The notes: generated from the letters alone by a model not told the origin. 64,000 bases of DNA from Dehalococcoidia bacterium (GCA_965207415.1 CBDBMD010000003.1:1062028-1126027); one strand, 5' to 3'; positions 40,121-50,199 are shown, numbered from the stretch's first letter. Program-made: numbers and translations.

Positions 40121-41224
40121 CTACCCGCCGGCCGCCGCCGGCACGGCGTGGCCGAGCTTCGCGAGGCTGCCGCGCAGCGCCTCGAGGCCTCCTGCGACAT
40201 CCTCGTCGGTGGTGTAGCCGAGGTGGCCGAAGCGGATGATCTTGCCTCCGAGGCTGGCCTGCCCGCCTGCGAAGACGGTGTCGTAGTCCGTGCGGGCGAG
40301 CGCGCGGATCTCGTCGGCGGAGATGCCCTCGGGCGGCAGCATGGCGGTCACGGTGTCGGAGCGGAAGCCCTCGGCGGCGTAGAGCTCGAGGCCCAGCGCC
40401 TCGAGGCCGGCGCGGACGCGCGAGGCGGTCGCGTGGTGGCGCGCCCAGACCGCCTCCATGCCCTCGGCGCGCAGCATGCGCAGCGCCTGCCGCAGCTGGA
40501 ACATCAGCGAGATCGCCGGCGTCCAGGGCGTCTGACCCGCCTCCTGCGAGCGCTGCGCGCGGCGCAGGTCGAGGTACATGCGAGGCGTGGTGCAGCGATC
40601 CTGCGCCTCCCAGGCGCGATCGCTGACGCTCACGAAGGCGAGCCCCGGCGCCGTCATCCAGCCCTTCTGCGAGCCGGACACGACCACGTCGAGGCCCCAC
40701 GCGTCCGTCTCGAGCGGGATCGAGGAGAGCGAGGAGATGGCGTCGACGATCAGCAGCCGGTCGTGCTTGCGGACGACCTGCGCGATCTCCTCGAGCGGGT
40801 TGGTCACGCCCGTGGAGGTCTCGTTGTGCGTCACGAGCACGGCGCGGATCTCGGGGTCCGCGGCGAGGGCGTCGTCGATCCGTGCCGGGTCGGCGGCGCT
40901 GCCGTAGACGAAGCCGAGATGCACCGGGTCGCCGCCGTAGATACGGATCAGCTCCAGGAAGCGCTCGCCGAAGACGCCGATCGTCACGACCAGCACGCGG
41001 TCGCCCGGACCGACGTGGTTGACGACGGCGGCCTCCATACCGGAGGTGCCGGAGCCGGTCAGCGTGAGCACGTCGTTGGTGGTGCGATAGGCGTAGCGCA
41101 GGCCCTCGTGGATCTCGCCGATCAGCTCGGCGAACTCGGGGCCGCGATGGTTGATCATGGGGGCCGAGCCGGCCTCGACGACTTCCGCGGGAACGGGAAT
41201 CGGACCCGGCGTACGCAGGTTCAC
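40121..41224 (-). CDS. Class V pyridoxal-phosphate aminotransferase (serine-pyruvate/alanine-glyoxylate family; probable phosphoserine aminotransferase partner of serA)
   Basis: PLP-lysine region SGSQKGWMTAPGLAFV and class V fold. Adjacent and co-directional with serA. Confidence 0.85.
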   Translation of the reverse strand: MNLRTPGPIPVPAEVVEAGSAPMINHRGPEFAELIGEIHEGLRYAYRTTNDVLTLTGSGTSGMEAAVVNHVGPGDRVLVVTIGVFGERFLELIRIYGGDPVHLGFVYGSAADPARIDDALAADPEIRAVLVTHNETSTGVTNPLEEIAQVVRKHDRLLIVDAISSLSSIPLETDAWGLDVVVSGSQKGWMTAPGLAFVSVSDRAWEAQDRCTTPRMYLDLRRAQRSQEAGQTPWTPAISLMFQLRQALRMLRAEGMEAVWARHHATASRVRAGLEALGLELYAAEGFRSDTVTAMLPPEGISADEIRALARTDYDTVFAGGQASLGGKIIRFGHLGYTTDEDVAGGLEALRGSLAKLGHAVPAAAGG

Positions 41225-41295
41225 GGTGCCTCCGGGGACGGGGATTCAGGTCGGCTCAATCGGCGCGATCATCGTCCACCCGCACCCCGATAGCG

Positions 41296-41586
41296 TCAAC
41301 GCAATGGGGTGGGCGCCTTGGCCGTTGCGAGGGCTACCGGACGGCGGGTGTTCCGGCGGCGCCGACTACTGCTCCCCGCCGCCGTCATGGTGGCGTTGCC
41401 CGCCGCATCGATGCTCCAGCGCTTCTCGTTCATCGGGTCGCTGTCGATGACGCCGGGCAGCACCTCGATCTCGTAGGCGGGCGCCGCGCCACTCCGCGCA
41501 TCGGCATCCGCCAGTGGCGCGGGCAGCGCGAGCGTCAGCGCGAGCAGTGCGACGGCGGCGAGCGCCGAGAATACTCCGTACGGCAT
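41296..41586 (-). CDS. Small hypothetical protein with an N-terminal signal-peptide-like segment (96 aa)
   Basis: MPYGVFSALAAVALLALTLALPAPLA is a hydrophobic leader. It starts 4 nt after the LRR lipoprotein stop. The C-terminal third is Arg-rich and less protein-like. Confidence 0.35.
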   Translation of the reverse strand: MPYGVFSALAAVALLALTLALPAPLADADARSGAAPAYEIEVLPGVIDSDPMNEKRWSIDAAGNATMTAAGSSSRRRRNTRRPVALATAKAPTPLR

Positions 41587-41590
41587 GGCG

Positions 41591-43426
41591 CTACTCGAAC
41601 ATGCTCTCGGCGAACGCGATCAGCGTAGCCATGTTGGGGGATCCACGCAGCATGTAGAGCACGCCCGTCGCCTCGTCCCACACGAGCAGCGACTGGGGGA
41701 ACTGCCTCTGGGTGATGCTGCGGTGCACCCGCGCGGGCCGGCCCGCGATCTGCAGCGTCTCGCGGACGCTGGTCTGGCTGCCGTTATTGGTGTAGGTCTC
41801 ACTGGCCAGTACCGGTGAGTACTTCGCATTGATTCCGGAGGCGGAGACGACGAGGCGGAAGCCGTCGTAGTACGCCTCGAAATACCCCACCTCGGCTTCA
41901 TCGCCGCTCCAGGCGTAGGTGAACGTCCAGCCCTCCGGCAGCTTCGGCTCGCGCCAGTGCGGGAACGTGCGCGCCTCGGCCAGGCTCGTCGTCTCCGCGA
42001 GCGGGACCGTGGAGCGCCTCGGGAACCGCGGGCCCACCGGCTTCGTGGCGCCGGTCCAGCCGGCGGGGACGAGCTGGAAGGGGCCCTGCACGATTGGCGC
42101 GGTCAGCGAGGTCCCGCCGAGGTTGGGCAGCGCGCCCCAGGTGACGCTGGCAGTCGAACTGCTGGCGACCGCCCCGCTGCAGCCCGTGAAGGCGTACGCG
42201 ATCGACTCCACCCCGAGCGACTTCCTGGGCACGGTCCCGGCCGGGTCGGGCTTGACCTCGCTGACCGTGTAGCGCACGAAGCAGTCGTCGGCCTCCTTCC
42301 ACTCGAAGAGGTCGCCCGCCTCCACGGCGTCGTAGAACTTCGTTCGCGAGGCGCCGCCGGCGTCGGACTTGTGGATGAGCAGGGCGCTGGTCGTGCCGTC
42401 GCGCAGGCCTTCGTAAGTGCTGACGGCGGTCATCGCGCCGTCGTCGGCCTCGGTCAGGAAGGCGTAGCTGCCCGTCTCGGTCACCGCGCCCGTCGTGTCG
42501 TACGTGTCGTAGCTGAGCGTGATGCCGCAGTAGGGCAGCCCGAGCGTCTCGAGGTCGTTGTTGGGCACGTCCGCCCACACTCCCGGCACGCAGCCGTTGA
42601 GCGTGTTGCCGGAGATGGTTACGTGCGTCAGCGCGGTCAGGTTCGCCAGCTCCTCCGGCACGTAGCCCGTCAGCAGGTTGTGGTTCAGCCCCAGCCGCCT
42701 CAGCAGCGTGAGGTCGCCGAACTGCGACGGGATCGCCCCCCTGAACTGATTGCCGGACAGGAGCAGCTCGCGCAGCAGCGTCAGCTGCCCCAGCTGCGTG
42801 GGGATCTTGCCGCTCAGCTGGTTGTCCCGCAGCCAGAGGTTGTTCAGGTTCGCGAGATTGCCCAGCTCGGTCGGGATCGTCCCGGTCAACTGGTTGCCGG
42901 ACAGGGCGAGGGTCTTGAGCCCGGCGACGCTGCCGAGCCCTGCGGGGATCGAGCCCGTGAGGCCGCGCGAGTCCAGGTTGAGGCCGCTCACACGCCGCGG
43001 CGTGCCGCCCAGGCTCACTCCGTCCCAGCTCGTCATGGTGGCGTCCGCGCTCCAGTTGAGCGTCGCCGTGCCCCTCAGCACGTCCTTGGCCGCCAGCAGG
43101 GCAGCGCAGTCCGCGGCCAGCGCGGTGTTGGTGGCGGGATCGACGCCGAGCGTCGTCTGCGTGCAGGTTCCCGGCGTGGGCGTGGCGGTGGCCGTCGGCG
43201 TCGCGGTCGACGTCGGAGTCGCGGTCGACGTCGGCGTCGCGGTCGCGGTCGGCGTCGCGGTGGGAGTCGCGGGCGGCGCGGACGTGCCTGTGGCGATGGA
43301 GGGAGGTGCGGTCGGGGTGGCGGTCGCCGAGGGCGGCGGCCCGGCCTCCGAGCAGGCCGCGAGCGCGAGCGAGGCGAGGCCCAGCACGAGCGCGCCGAGC
43401 GTCAGCGTGAGGTGGCGGCTACTCAT
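41591..43426 (-). CDS. Leucine-rich-repeat lipoprotein (plant-type 24-residue LRRs) with a Thr/Pro/Ala linker
   Basis: Signal peptide with lipobox LALAAC, then a (TPTA/TPTS)n linker. It has about six LxxLxLxxNxLxGxIPxxLGxL repeats (for example LKTLALSGNQLTGTIPTELGNLANL, LNNLWLRDNQLSGKIPTQLGQLTLL) and a C-terminal domain of about 300 aa with no recognised family. Confidence 0.8.
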   Translation of the reverse strand: MSSRHLTLTLGALVLGLASLALAACSEAGPPPSATATPTAPPSIATGTSAPPATPTATPTATATPTSTATPTSTATPTATATPTPGTCTQTTLGVDPATNTALAADCAALLAAKDVLRGTATLNWSADATMTSWDGVSLGGTPRRVSGLNLDSRGLTGSIPAGLGSVAGLKTLALSGNQLTGTIPTELGNLANLNNLWLRDNQLSGKIPTQLGQLTLLRELLLSGNQFRGAIPSQFGDLTLLRRLGLNHNLLTGYVPEELANLTALTHVTISGNTLNGCVPGVWADVPNNDLETLGLPYCGITLSYDTYDTTGAVTETGSYAFLTEADDGAMTAVSTYEGLRDGTTSALLIHKSDAGGASRTKFYDAVEAGDLFEWKEADDCFVRYTVSEVKPDPAGTVPRKSLGVESIAYAFTGCSGAVASSSTASVTWGALPNLGGTSLTAPIVQGPFQLVPAGWTGATKPVGPRFPRRSTVPLAETTSLAEARTFPHWREPKLPEGWTFTYAWSGDEAEVGYFEAYYDGFRLVVSASGINAKYSPVLASETYTNNGSQTSVRETLQIAGRPARVHRSITQRQFPQSLLVWDEATGVLYMLRGSPNMATLIAFAESMFE

Positions 43427-43549
43427 GACCGGCCTCGTCAGCCGCTGCGCCGCGCCGCAGCGTGCACATCCATGATGCGCCTCACGGCGTACGGCAGGTG
43501 TGTGAGACGTGTATGACTTGGGGCCGTTACGCGTGGGAAGGCGTACGAG

Positions 43550-45952
43550 CTATCGCACCGCGGCGAGGAGGGCGACGGTGACGCCGTCGCCGCCTTCCTG
43601 GCGCGTGGCGGTTTCGTAGGCGGTGACCAGGGGGTGGCCGTCGAGCAGCTCGCGGACGGCGCGGCGCAGCGCGCCGGTGCCCTTGCCGTGGATGATGCGC
43701 ACGCGCTCGCGGCCAGCGCGCGCTGCGTCGTCGAGGAACGCCTCCACCGAGGGCAACGCCTCGGCGACGATCTGGCCGCGGATCTCGATCTGCTCGGGGG
43801 CGCTCGGTGCGGGCGGGGTGCGCACCGCGATGATCACCTCGCCGTCGGGCTGCTCGATGCGCTCGACCTGGGCGAGGCGCACGCGCGTGCGCAGCGCGCC
43901 GAGCTGCACCTGGAACTCGCCCGCCTCGTCCGGTTCGCTCAGCGCCTCGCCCGGCGACCCGATGCCGCGCAGCCAGACGTGCGAGCCGACCTCCGGGACC
44001 GGCAGCGTGCGCGGTGCCCTCGCCGCGACCCGCTCCCGAGGGGCGGGCGAGTCGTCGCTCGGCTTCGGCTCCGGCGGCGGCTCGGGAGCGAGCGCCGCGG
44101 CGGCCTCGCGGGCGCGGTCGAGGTCGGCGGCCGCCTGCTCGAGGCGCGCCGACTCCACCTCGCGGCGCGCGCGTTGCAGCATCCGCTCGGCGTCGCGCAC
44201 CTCCTCGCGGACACGCTCGCGCGACTCGGCGCGCAGCCGCTCGCCCTCGTCGGCCAGCGCCGCGAGCTGCTGCTCGAGGTCGGCGCGCAGCTCCTCGGCG
44301 GCGTCGCGATCGGCGGCGGCGCGGGCGGCGCGGTCCTCGGCGGCGCTGAGCTGCGTGCGCAGGTCGCCGAGCACTGCCTCGAGGTCGCGCTGCTCGTGCG
44401 ACAGGCCTTCGCGCGCGGCCTCGACGATCGCGCCGGGCATGCCCAAGCGCTCGGCTATGGCGAGCGCGTTGGACTGGCCCGGCACGCCGATGCGCAGCCG
44501 GTAGGTCGGCGCCAGCGTCTCCACGTCGAACTCGACCGAGGCGTTGCGCACCGCCGGGTCGCGGTGCGCGAACAGCTTGAGCTCGCTGTGGTGCGTGGTC
44601 GCGACCAGCGTCGCGCCCGCCTCGATCAGCCGCCCGACGATGGCGATCGCGAGCGCCGCGCCCTCGGTCGGGTCGGTGCCGGCACCCAATTCGTCGAGCA
44701 GCACGAGGGAGCGCTCCCCGGCGCGTTCGAGGATGTCGATGATCGCGGTCACGTGGCCCGAGAACGTCGAGAGCGACTGCTCGATCGACTGCTCGTCGCC
44801 GATGTCGGCGAAGACGGCGTCGTAGACGGGGATGCGGGTGCCCTCGTCGGCGGGGACGGGCAGGCCGGCGAGCGCCATCAGCGAGAGCAGGCCGGCGGTC
44901 TTGAGCGCAACGGTCTTGCCGCCGGTGTTCGGCCCGGTGATCAGCAGCGCGTTCGTCTCGCCGCCCGCCTCGATGGTGACGGGCACGACCTCGCCCTCGA
45001 GCAGCGGGTGCCGCGCCTCGACGAGGTGCAGCGTGGCGGGGGCCTCGACGAGCCAAGGGACGTCGCTGCCCGCCTCGGTCAGGTCGTCGGCGCCGATCTC
45101 CGCGGCGAGGCTCGCCTTCGCCAGCGCGAGGTCGATCCTCGCGAGGCGCTCGACGGCGTCGACCAGCTCGTGCTCGGCCTCGCCGGCGGCCTCGGAGAGG
45201 GCGCGCATGATGCGCTCGATCTCGTGGCGTTCCTGCGCCTGCAGTTCGCGCCAGCGGTTGCCGAGGTCGATCACGGCGAGCGGCTCGACGTAGATCGTCG
45301 CGCCGGAGGCGGAGGTGTCGTGGACGATGCCGGGCACGGCGCTGCGTGACTCGGCGCGCACGGGTAGCACGTAGCGCCCGTCGCGCAGCGTGACGATCGG
45401 GTCCTGCAGCGCGGGCCGCAGCGCCGAGGAGCGCAGCAGCGCCTCCATGCGCTGCTGCAGGCGGCCGTGTACGGCGTCGCGCTCGCGGCGGATCGCCTCG
45501 AGCTCACGGCTCGCCGAGTCGCGCACCTCGCCGCGCTCGTCGACGGCGGCGGCGATCAGCCCACGCAGCGCCTCGAGGTCGGCGAGCCCGGCGGCGCGCG
45601 TCGAGAGCAGCGGCGTTTCCTGGCGCACGCGCGCGAAGGTGCGCCGCAGCCGCGTCGAGGCCCTCGCGAGGTCGCCGATCTCCAGCAGCTCCGAGGGCGC
45701 GAGCACCTGCCCGCGTCCCGCCGCGCGCGCCGGGGCGCGCACGTCGCGCACGCCGCCCAGCCCGACCTCGACGCGCAGGGTGCGCAGCCGCACCGCCTCG
45801 GCGGTCTCGCGCTGGCGGCGGACGGCGCGATCGCGGTCGGCGACGGGGCGCAGCGCCAGCGCCAGCTCGCGCCCGGCGGAGAACGACGTCGCGCGAGCGA
45901 GCCGCTCCCGGATCGCCGGGAACTCGAGGACGGCGAGCGCCTTATCGTCCAG
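43550..45952 (-). CDS. mutS2: Endonuclease MutS2 (with C-terminal Smr domain)
   Basis: Walker A GPNTGGKTVALKT, a MutS domain, a coiled-coil region, and a C-terminal Smr domain. The conserved N-terminus (L)DDKALAVLEFPAIRERL begins at a CTG (45952) preceded by GGAG. The only ATG/GTG/TTG start in frame is at 46126 and would add 58 non-conserved residues overlapping selA. Confidence 0.85.
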   Translation of the reverse strand: MDDKALAVLEFPAIRERLARATSFSAGRELALALRPVADRDRAVRRQRETAEAVRLRTLRVEVGLGGVRDVRAPARAAGRGQVLAPSELLEIGDLARASTRLRRTFARVRQETPLLSTRAAGLADLEALRGLIAAAVDERGEVRDSASRELEAIRRERDAVHGRLQQRMEALLRSSALRPALQDPIVTLRDGRYVLPVRAESRSAVPGIVHDTSASGATIYVEPLAVIDLGNRWRELQAQERHEIERIMRALSEAAGEAEHELVDAVERLARIDLALAKASLAAEIGADDLTEAGSDVPWLVEAPATLHLVEARHPLLEGEVVPVTIEAGGETNALLITGPNTGGKTVALKTAGLLSLMALAGLPVPADEGTRIPVYDAVFADIGDEQSIEQSLSTFSGHVTAIIDILERAGERSLVLLDELGAGTDPTEGAALAIAIVGRLIEAGATLVATTHHSELKLFAHRDPAVRNASVEFDVETLAPTYRLRIGVPGQSNALAIAERLGMPGAIVEAAREGLSHEQRDLEAVLGDLRTQLSAAEDRAARAAADRDAAEELRADLEQQLAALADEGERLRAESRERVREEVRDAERMLQRARREVESARLEQAAADLDRAREAAAALAPEPPPEPKPSDDSPAPRERVAARAPRTLPVPEVGSHVWLRGIGSPGEALSEPDEAGEFQVQLGALRTRVRLAQVERIEQPDGEVIIAVRTPPAPSAPEQIEIRGQIVAEALPSVEAFLDDAARAGRERVRIIHGKGTGALRRAVRELLDGHPLVTAYETATRQEGGDGVTVALLAAVR

Positions 45953-47342
45953 CGGACTGCTCCGAACCGCCCTCGCCGGGGTGGCAGAGTGCGCCCAGCG
46001 AGCCGGCGACGTGCCGGTCGTCGGCAGGCTCGACCGTGCGCGGGTCGAGCAGCACCGATCCGCGCTCGATGCGCGCGACGATCGGCGGGTCGGCGGCGCG
46101 CAGGGCGGCGGCGAAGGCGTCGGCACCGTTAGGCGGCGCGGCGATCGCGCAGACCGGCGACTCGAGGCCCTCGCCCGGCAGCGAGCCGCCGCCGATCATC
46201 GAGCGCGCCGTGTCGAGGGAGGCGTCCGCCGCGTCGCCGCAGGCGCGCGCCCAGCGGCGGGCGCGCCGCCGCAGCGCGTCGGGCGGTGCGGCGATCATGC
46301 GCCAGATCGGGATCTCCTCGATGGCCTCGCCGCGTGCGTAGTGGCCGAGGGTGGCGGCCAGCCCGGCGATCGAGGCCTTGTCCATGCGCACCGCGCGCGC
46401 GAGCGGGTGGCGCTGCATCGCGCCGATCGCGCCCTCGCGCCCGACGGCGACGCCCGCCTGCGGTCCGCCGATCAGCTTGTCGCCGGAGAACAGCGCCACG
46501 TCCACCCCGGCCTCGATCGAGTCGCGCACGAGCGGCTCCTCGCCCAGACCGTACTCGCGAGGATCGAGCAAAGCCCCGCTGCCGAGGTCGTCAATCAGCA
46601 GCAGCCCGCGCTCGCGGGCGAGCGAGGCCAGCGCCGGGAGCGGCGTCTCCTCGGTGAAGCCGACGACGCGGAAGTTCGAGGCGTGGACGCGCAGCAGCGC
46701 GACGGTGCGCTCGCTGATCGCCTCGGCGTAGTCGCGCAGGTAGGTGCGGTTGGTCGTGCCGACCTCGACGAGGGTGGCGCCGGACTGGCGCATCACGTCG
46801 GGAATGCGGAAGCCGCCGCCGATCTCGACGAGCTGGCCGCGCGCGATCACCACCTCGCCGCCGGCGCAGAGCGCGGAGAGCGCCAGCAGCAGCGCCGAGG
46901 CGTTGTTGTTGACCGCAATGCCGGCCTCGGCGCCGGTCACGCGCGCGAGCAGCTCGGCGAGGTGGCTGAAGCGCGATCCGCGCGCCCCGGCCTCGAGGTC
47001 GAACTCGAGGTTCGAGTAGCCCTCGGAGGCGGCGGCCATCGCCGCGATCGTCGCGTCCGAGAGCGGGGCGCGCCCGAGGTTGGTGTGGATGATCACGCCG
47101 CTCGCGTTGACGACGCGGCGCAGGCTCGGCTCCAAGCTCGCGGCGCGGTCGGCGACCGCCTCGGCGGCCGGCTGCTCGGGCAGCGCGCCCGAGCGCTCGA
47201 TCGCCGCGCGGTAGTCGTCGAGGACCTCGCGGGCGACGCGCACGATCGCCTCGTGGCCGTGGCGCTCGGCGAGCGGCGCGACGCGCGGATGCGCCAGCAG
47301 GCGCTCGATCGCCGGCAGCTCGCGATACGGGTTCGTCGTCAT
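45942..47342 (-). CDS. selA: L-seryl-tRNA(Sec) selenium transferase
   Basis: SelA family conserved throughout (...NLEFDLEAGARGSR...VNNNASALLLAL...FSGDKLIGGPQAG...). Start taken at the internal ATG at 47342 (MTTNPYRELPAIERLL). The ORF extends to 47486. Confidence 0.85.
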   Translation of the reverse strand: MTTNPYRELPAIERLLAHPRVAPLAERHGHEAIVRVAREVLDDYRAAIERSGALPEQPAAEAVADRAASLEPSLRRVVNASGVIIHTNLGRAPLSDATIAAMAAASEGYSNLEFDLEAGARGSRFSHLAELLARVTGAEAGIAVNNNASALLLALSALCAGGEVVIARGQLVEIGGGFRIPDVMRQSGATLVEVGTTNRTYLRDYAEAISERTVALLRVHASNFRVVGFTEETPLPALASLARERGLLLIDDLGSGALLDPREYGLGEEPLVRDSIEAGVDVALFSGDKLIGGPQAGVAVGREGAIGAMQRHPLARAVRMDKASIAGLAATLGHYARGEAIEEIPIWRMIAAPPDALRRRARRWARACGDAADASLDTARSMIGGGSLPGEGLESPVCAIAAPPNGADAFAAALRAADPPIVARIERGSVLLDPRTVEPADDRHVAGSLGALCHPGEGGSEQSAGR

Positions 47343-47497
47343 CGTCGCGTCCTCACGCAACCACGCGCCCTCGGGGCGCGCGTCAATGAGCACTGTCGAT
47401 TGTACGTTCGCGCCGCGGCCCTGCCGAGGGCGGCGCGCCGCGGGCGGACGCGCTGCGCTATCTTCGCGGGCGACCCGCGATCGCAAGGAGGCAGGCG

Positions 47498-48694
47498 GTG
47501 GACTTCACGCTCTCGCCGGAGGTGGACGAGTTGCGCCGCCGCATCCGGGACTTCACGCACGCCCGCATCATCCCCCTCGAAGCCGACCCGGACTCCTGGG
47601 ACGAGCACGAGAACATCCGCCTCGACCTGCTCGAGGACGTGCGCGCCGAGGTCAAGGCGCAGGGCCTGTGGGCGCCTCAGATGCCGCGCGAGCGCGGCGG
47701 GCTCGGCCTCGGCGTGGCGGGCATGGCGGCCTGCTACGAGGAGATGGGCCGCGCGCTGTTCGGCCCGGTCTGCTTCAACTGCGCCGCCCCCGACGACGGC
47801 AACATGATCCTGCTCGAACGCGTCGGCACGGAGGCGCAGAAGGAGCGCTGGCTCGACCCGATCATCGAGGGCCGCGTGCGCTCGGCGTTCGCGATGACCG
47901 AGCCCGCGCCCGGCTCCGGCTCGGACCCCTCGATGATGCTGACCACCGCCGAGCGCGACGGCGACCACTGGCGCATCAACGGCCGCAAGTGGTTCATCAC
48001 CGGCGGGGCCGAGGCGCAGCACTTCATCCTCGTCGCGCGCACCGGCGACGACGAGCGCCGCGGCCTGACCGCCTTCCTCTTCGACGCCGGTCAGCCCGGC
48101 TGGGAGATCGAGCGGCGCATCCCGATCATGGGCCCCGAGGAGCACGGCGGGCACTGCGAGCTGCGCTTCGACGACCTCGTGGTCCCCGACGACCAGCGGC
48201 TGATGGAGGTCGGCGAGGGGCTGAAGGCGACACAGATCCGCCTCGGGACGGCGCGCCTGACGCACTGCATGCGCTGGCTCGGCATGGCGCAGCGCGCGAT
48301 GTCGATCGCCGCCGACTACGTGCGCGAGCGCGAAAGCTTCGGGCAGAAGCTGCACGAGCACGAGGGCGTGCAGTGGATGCTCGGCGAGGTCGCGATGGCG
48401 ATCGAGGTCGGCCGCCTGCTCACGATGCGCGCCGCCTGGCGGCTCGACCAGGGCGACTTCGCGCGCCAGGACGTCTCGATGGCGAAGATCCACGTCTCCG
48501 AGACGCTGCACAAGGCCGTCGACACCGCGATCCAGCTCTGCGGGGCGCGCGGCTACTCGAAGGACACGCCGCTGGAGTGGATGTACCGCTACGCGCGCCA
48601 GGCACGGCTCGTCGACGGCGCCTCCGAGGTGCACAAGATGGTGCTGGCCCGGCTCTACATGCAGGAGGACCACGACTTCTGGAGCTGGCAGTGA
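47498..48694 (+). CDS. Acyl-CoA dehydrogenase
   Basis: 398-aa ACAD fold (...FAMTEPAPGSGSDPSMMLTTA... and the C-terminal catalytic region). GTG start with AGGAGG at -6. Confidence 0.9.
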   Translation: MDFTLSPEVDELRRRIRDFTHARIIPLEADPDSWDEHENIRLDLLEDVRAEVKAQGLWAPQMPRERGGLGLGVAGMAACYEEMGRALFGPVCFNCAAPDDGNMILLERVGTEAQKERWLDPIIEGRVRSAFAMTEPAPGSGSDPSMMLTTAERDGDHWRINGRKWFITGGAEAQHFILVARTGDDERRGLTAFLFDAGQPGWEIERRIPIMGPEEHGGHCELRFDDLVVPDDQRLMEVGEGLKATQIRLGTARLTHCMRWLGMAQRAMSIAADYVRERESFGQKLHEHEGVQWMLGEVAMAIEVGRLLTMRAAWRLDQGDFARQDVSMAKIHVSETLHKAVDTAIQLCGARGYSKDTPLEWMYRYARQARLVDGASEVHKMVLARLYMQEDHDFWSWQ

Positions 48695-50190
48695 GCGCGG
48701 CCACGCCGCCGCTCGACCTCGCCGACGAGGCGACACGCGACGCCCTCGCGGCCTGGCTGGCCGCCGCGGCAGCCGGGGCCGAGCGCGCCAGCATCGAGGA
48801 CACGACGACGCTTGCGGGCGGGGCAATCCACCAGCACTGGCGGATCGACGTGGCCTTCGAGGGCGGCCCGCTCGCCGGAGAGCCGGTTGCCCTCGTGCTG
48901 CGCGCGGAGGGGGACGCGACGCTGGAGGAGAGTCACAGCGTCGCCGAGGAGTTCTCGATCGCACGCGCGGCCTTCGAGGCCGGCGTCGCCGTGCCCGAGC
49001 CGCTCTGGCAGGCGGACGGCTCGGTGCTGGGACGCGCCTTCTCGATCTGGCGCTTCGTCGAGGGCGTCGCGGCGGGGCACCTGCTGGTGCGCGACGAGAC
49101 GCTGGGGGGGCCGCGCCCCGCGCTGCTCGAACGGCTCGGCGAGGAGCTCGCGCGCATCCAGACGATCGAGCCCGGGCGGGCCGGGCTGGAGTGGCTGCCC
49201 GTCCCCGAGCCGAGCCCGGCGCTGGCCGCCGTCGCCGAGTACCGGGCCGCCCTCGACGCTCACCCGAAGCCGCGGCCCGCACTCGAGTGGGGGCTGCGCT
49301 GGCTGGAGCGTGAGGCGCCCGAGACGGAGCGCCTGGTGCTGGTCCACAGCGACTACCGGACCGGCAACTTCATCGTCGGCGAGAACGGGCTGCGCGGCGT
49401 CCTCGACTGGGAGTTCGCGCGCTGGGGCGACTCGCTCGAGGACCCCGGCTGGTTGAGCGCCCGCGCCTGGCGCTTCAACCGCTACGACCGCCGCGCCGGT
49501 GGCCTCGGCGACCTCGCCGACTTCGCGCGCGGCTACGGGCGGGCACTGCCGCCGAGGGCGCTCCACTACTGGGAGGTGATGGCGCACGTCCGCTGGGCCG
49601 TGATCGCGATCCACCAGGGCGAGCGCCACAGCAGCGGCCGCCAGCCCTCGCTCGAACTCGCGCTCACCGGCCGCATCGTCGACGAGGTCGAGTTGGAGAT
49701 CCTGACGCTGATCGAGGAGGGCGAGCGCGGCGACTACGGCAGCGGCGCCGACACGGCGGCAGCGCCGTCGCCAGCCTCGGAGGACACGCCCAGGGCGCGC
49801 GACCCGCTCGACGGCGCGGCGCTGCTGGAAGCGGCACGAGGCGCGCTCATGGACGACCTTGCACCGCACGTCCCCGGGGCGCAGCGCTACGCCCTGCTGA
49901 TGGCCGACAACGCGATGGGCATCGCCGCGCGGGAGTTGGAGGCCGGCGAGGCGCCCGCTCGCCGCGCCCTCGCCGCCCTCGCAGCCATCGAGGGCGCGCC
50001 GGCTGCCGGGGACGAGGACGTGCGAGCCGCCCTGCACGACGCCGAAGCGCGGCTCGCCTCGGCCATCCGCGCCGGCCGCTATGACGCGGGCCCGGAGCGG
50101 GACGCCCTCGCCGCCTGGCTGCGCGCCCGCTCGCTCGGTGCGACGCAGGTCAGCAACCCGCGCTTCCTCGCACGCCGCGGGTTCGCGTAG
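48691..50190 (+). CDS. Phosphotransferase family protein (APH/ChoK-like kinase) translationally coupled to the ACAD
   Basis: Brenner/APH motifs VLVHSDYRTGNFIV and DWEFARWGD. The GTG start overlaps the ACAD stop (GTGA). It is the C-terminal part of the long 47386..50190 ORF; the N-terminal part of that ORF is spurious. Confidence 0.8.
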   Translation: MSAATPPLDLADEATRDALAAWLAAAAAGAERASIEDTTTLAGGAIHQHWRIDVAFEGGPLAGEPVALVLRAEGDATLEESHSVAEEFSIARAAFEAGVAVPEPLWQADGSVLGRAFSIWRFVEGVAAGHLLVRDETLGGPRPALLERLGEELARIQTIEPGRAGLEWLPVPEPSPALAAVAEYRAALDAHPKPRPALEWGLRWLEREAPETERLVLVHSDYRTGNFIVGENGLRGVLDWEFARWGDSLEDPGWLSARAWRFNRYDRRAGGLGDLADFARGYGRALPPRALHYWEVMAHVRWAVIAIHQGERHSSGRQPSLELALTGRIVDEVELEILTLIEEGERGDYGSGADTAAAPSPASEDTPRARDPLDGAALLEAARGALMDDLAPHVPGAQRYALLMADNAMGIAARELEAGEAPARRALAALAAIEGAPAAGDEDVRAALHDAEARLASAIRAGRYDAGPERDALAAWLRARSLGATQVSNPRFLARRGFA

Positions 50191-50199
50191 GGCTGTGGC

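Noticed and set aside
37104-40700. ORFs 37104..38147(-), 37910..39559(+) and 38877..40700(-)
   Set aside because: They overlap the conserved DUF1015 and serA genes in other frames or strands. Arg/Gly-rich composition.
41957-47807. ORFs antisense or alternate-frame to the LRR gene, mutS2 and selA (for example 519-aa, 509-aa, 571-aa and 805-aa ORFs)
   Set aside because: No family signal and extreme Arg/Gly/Ala bias. The opposite strand is fully accounted for by conserved genes.
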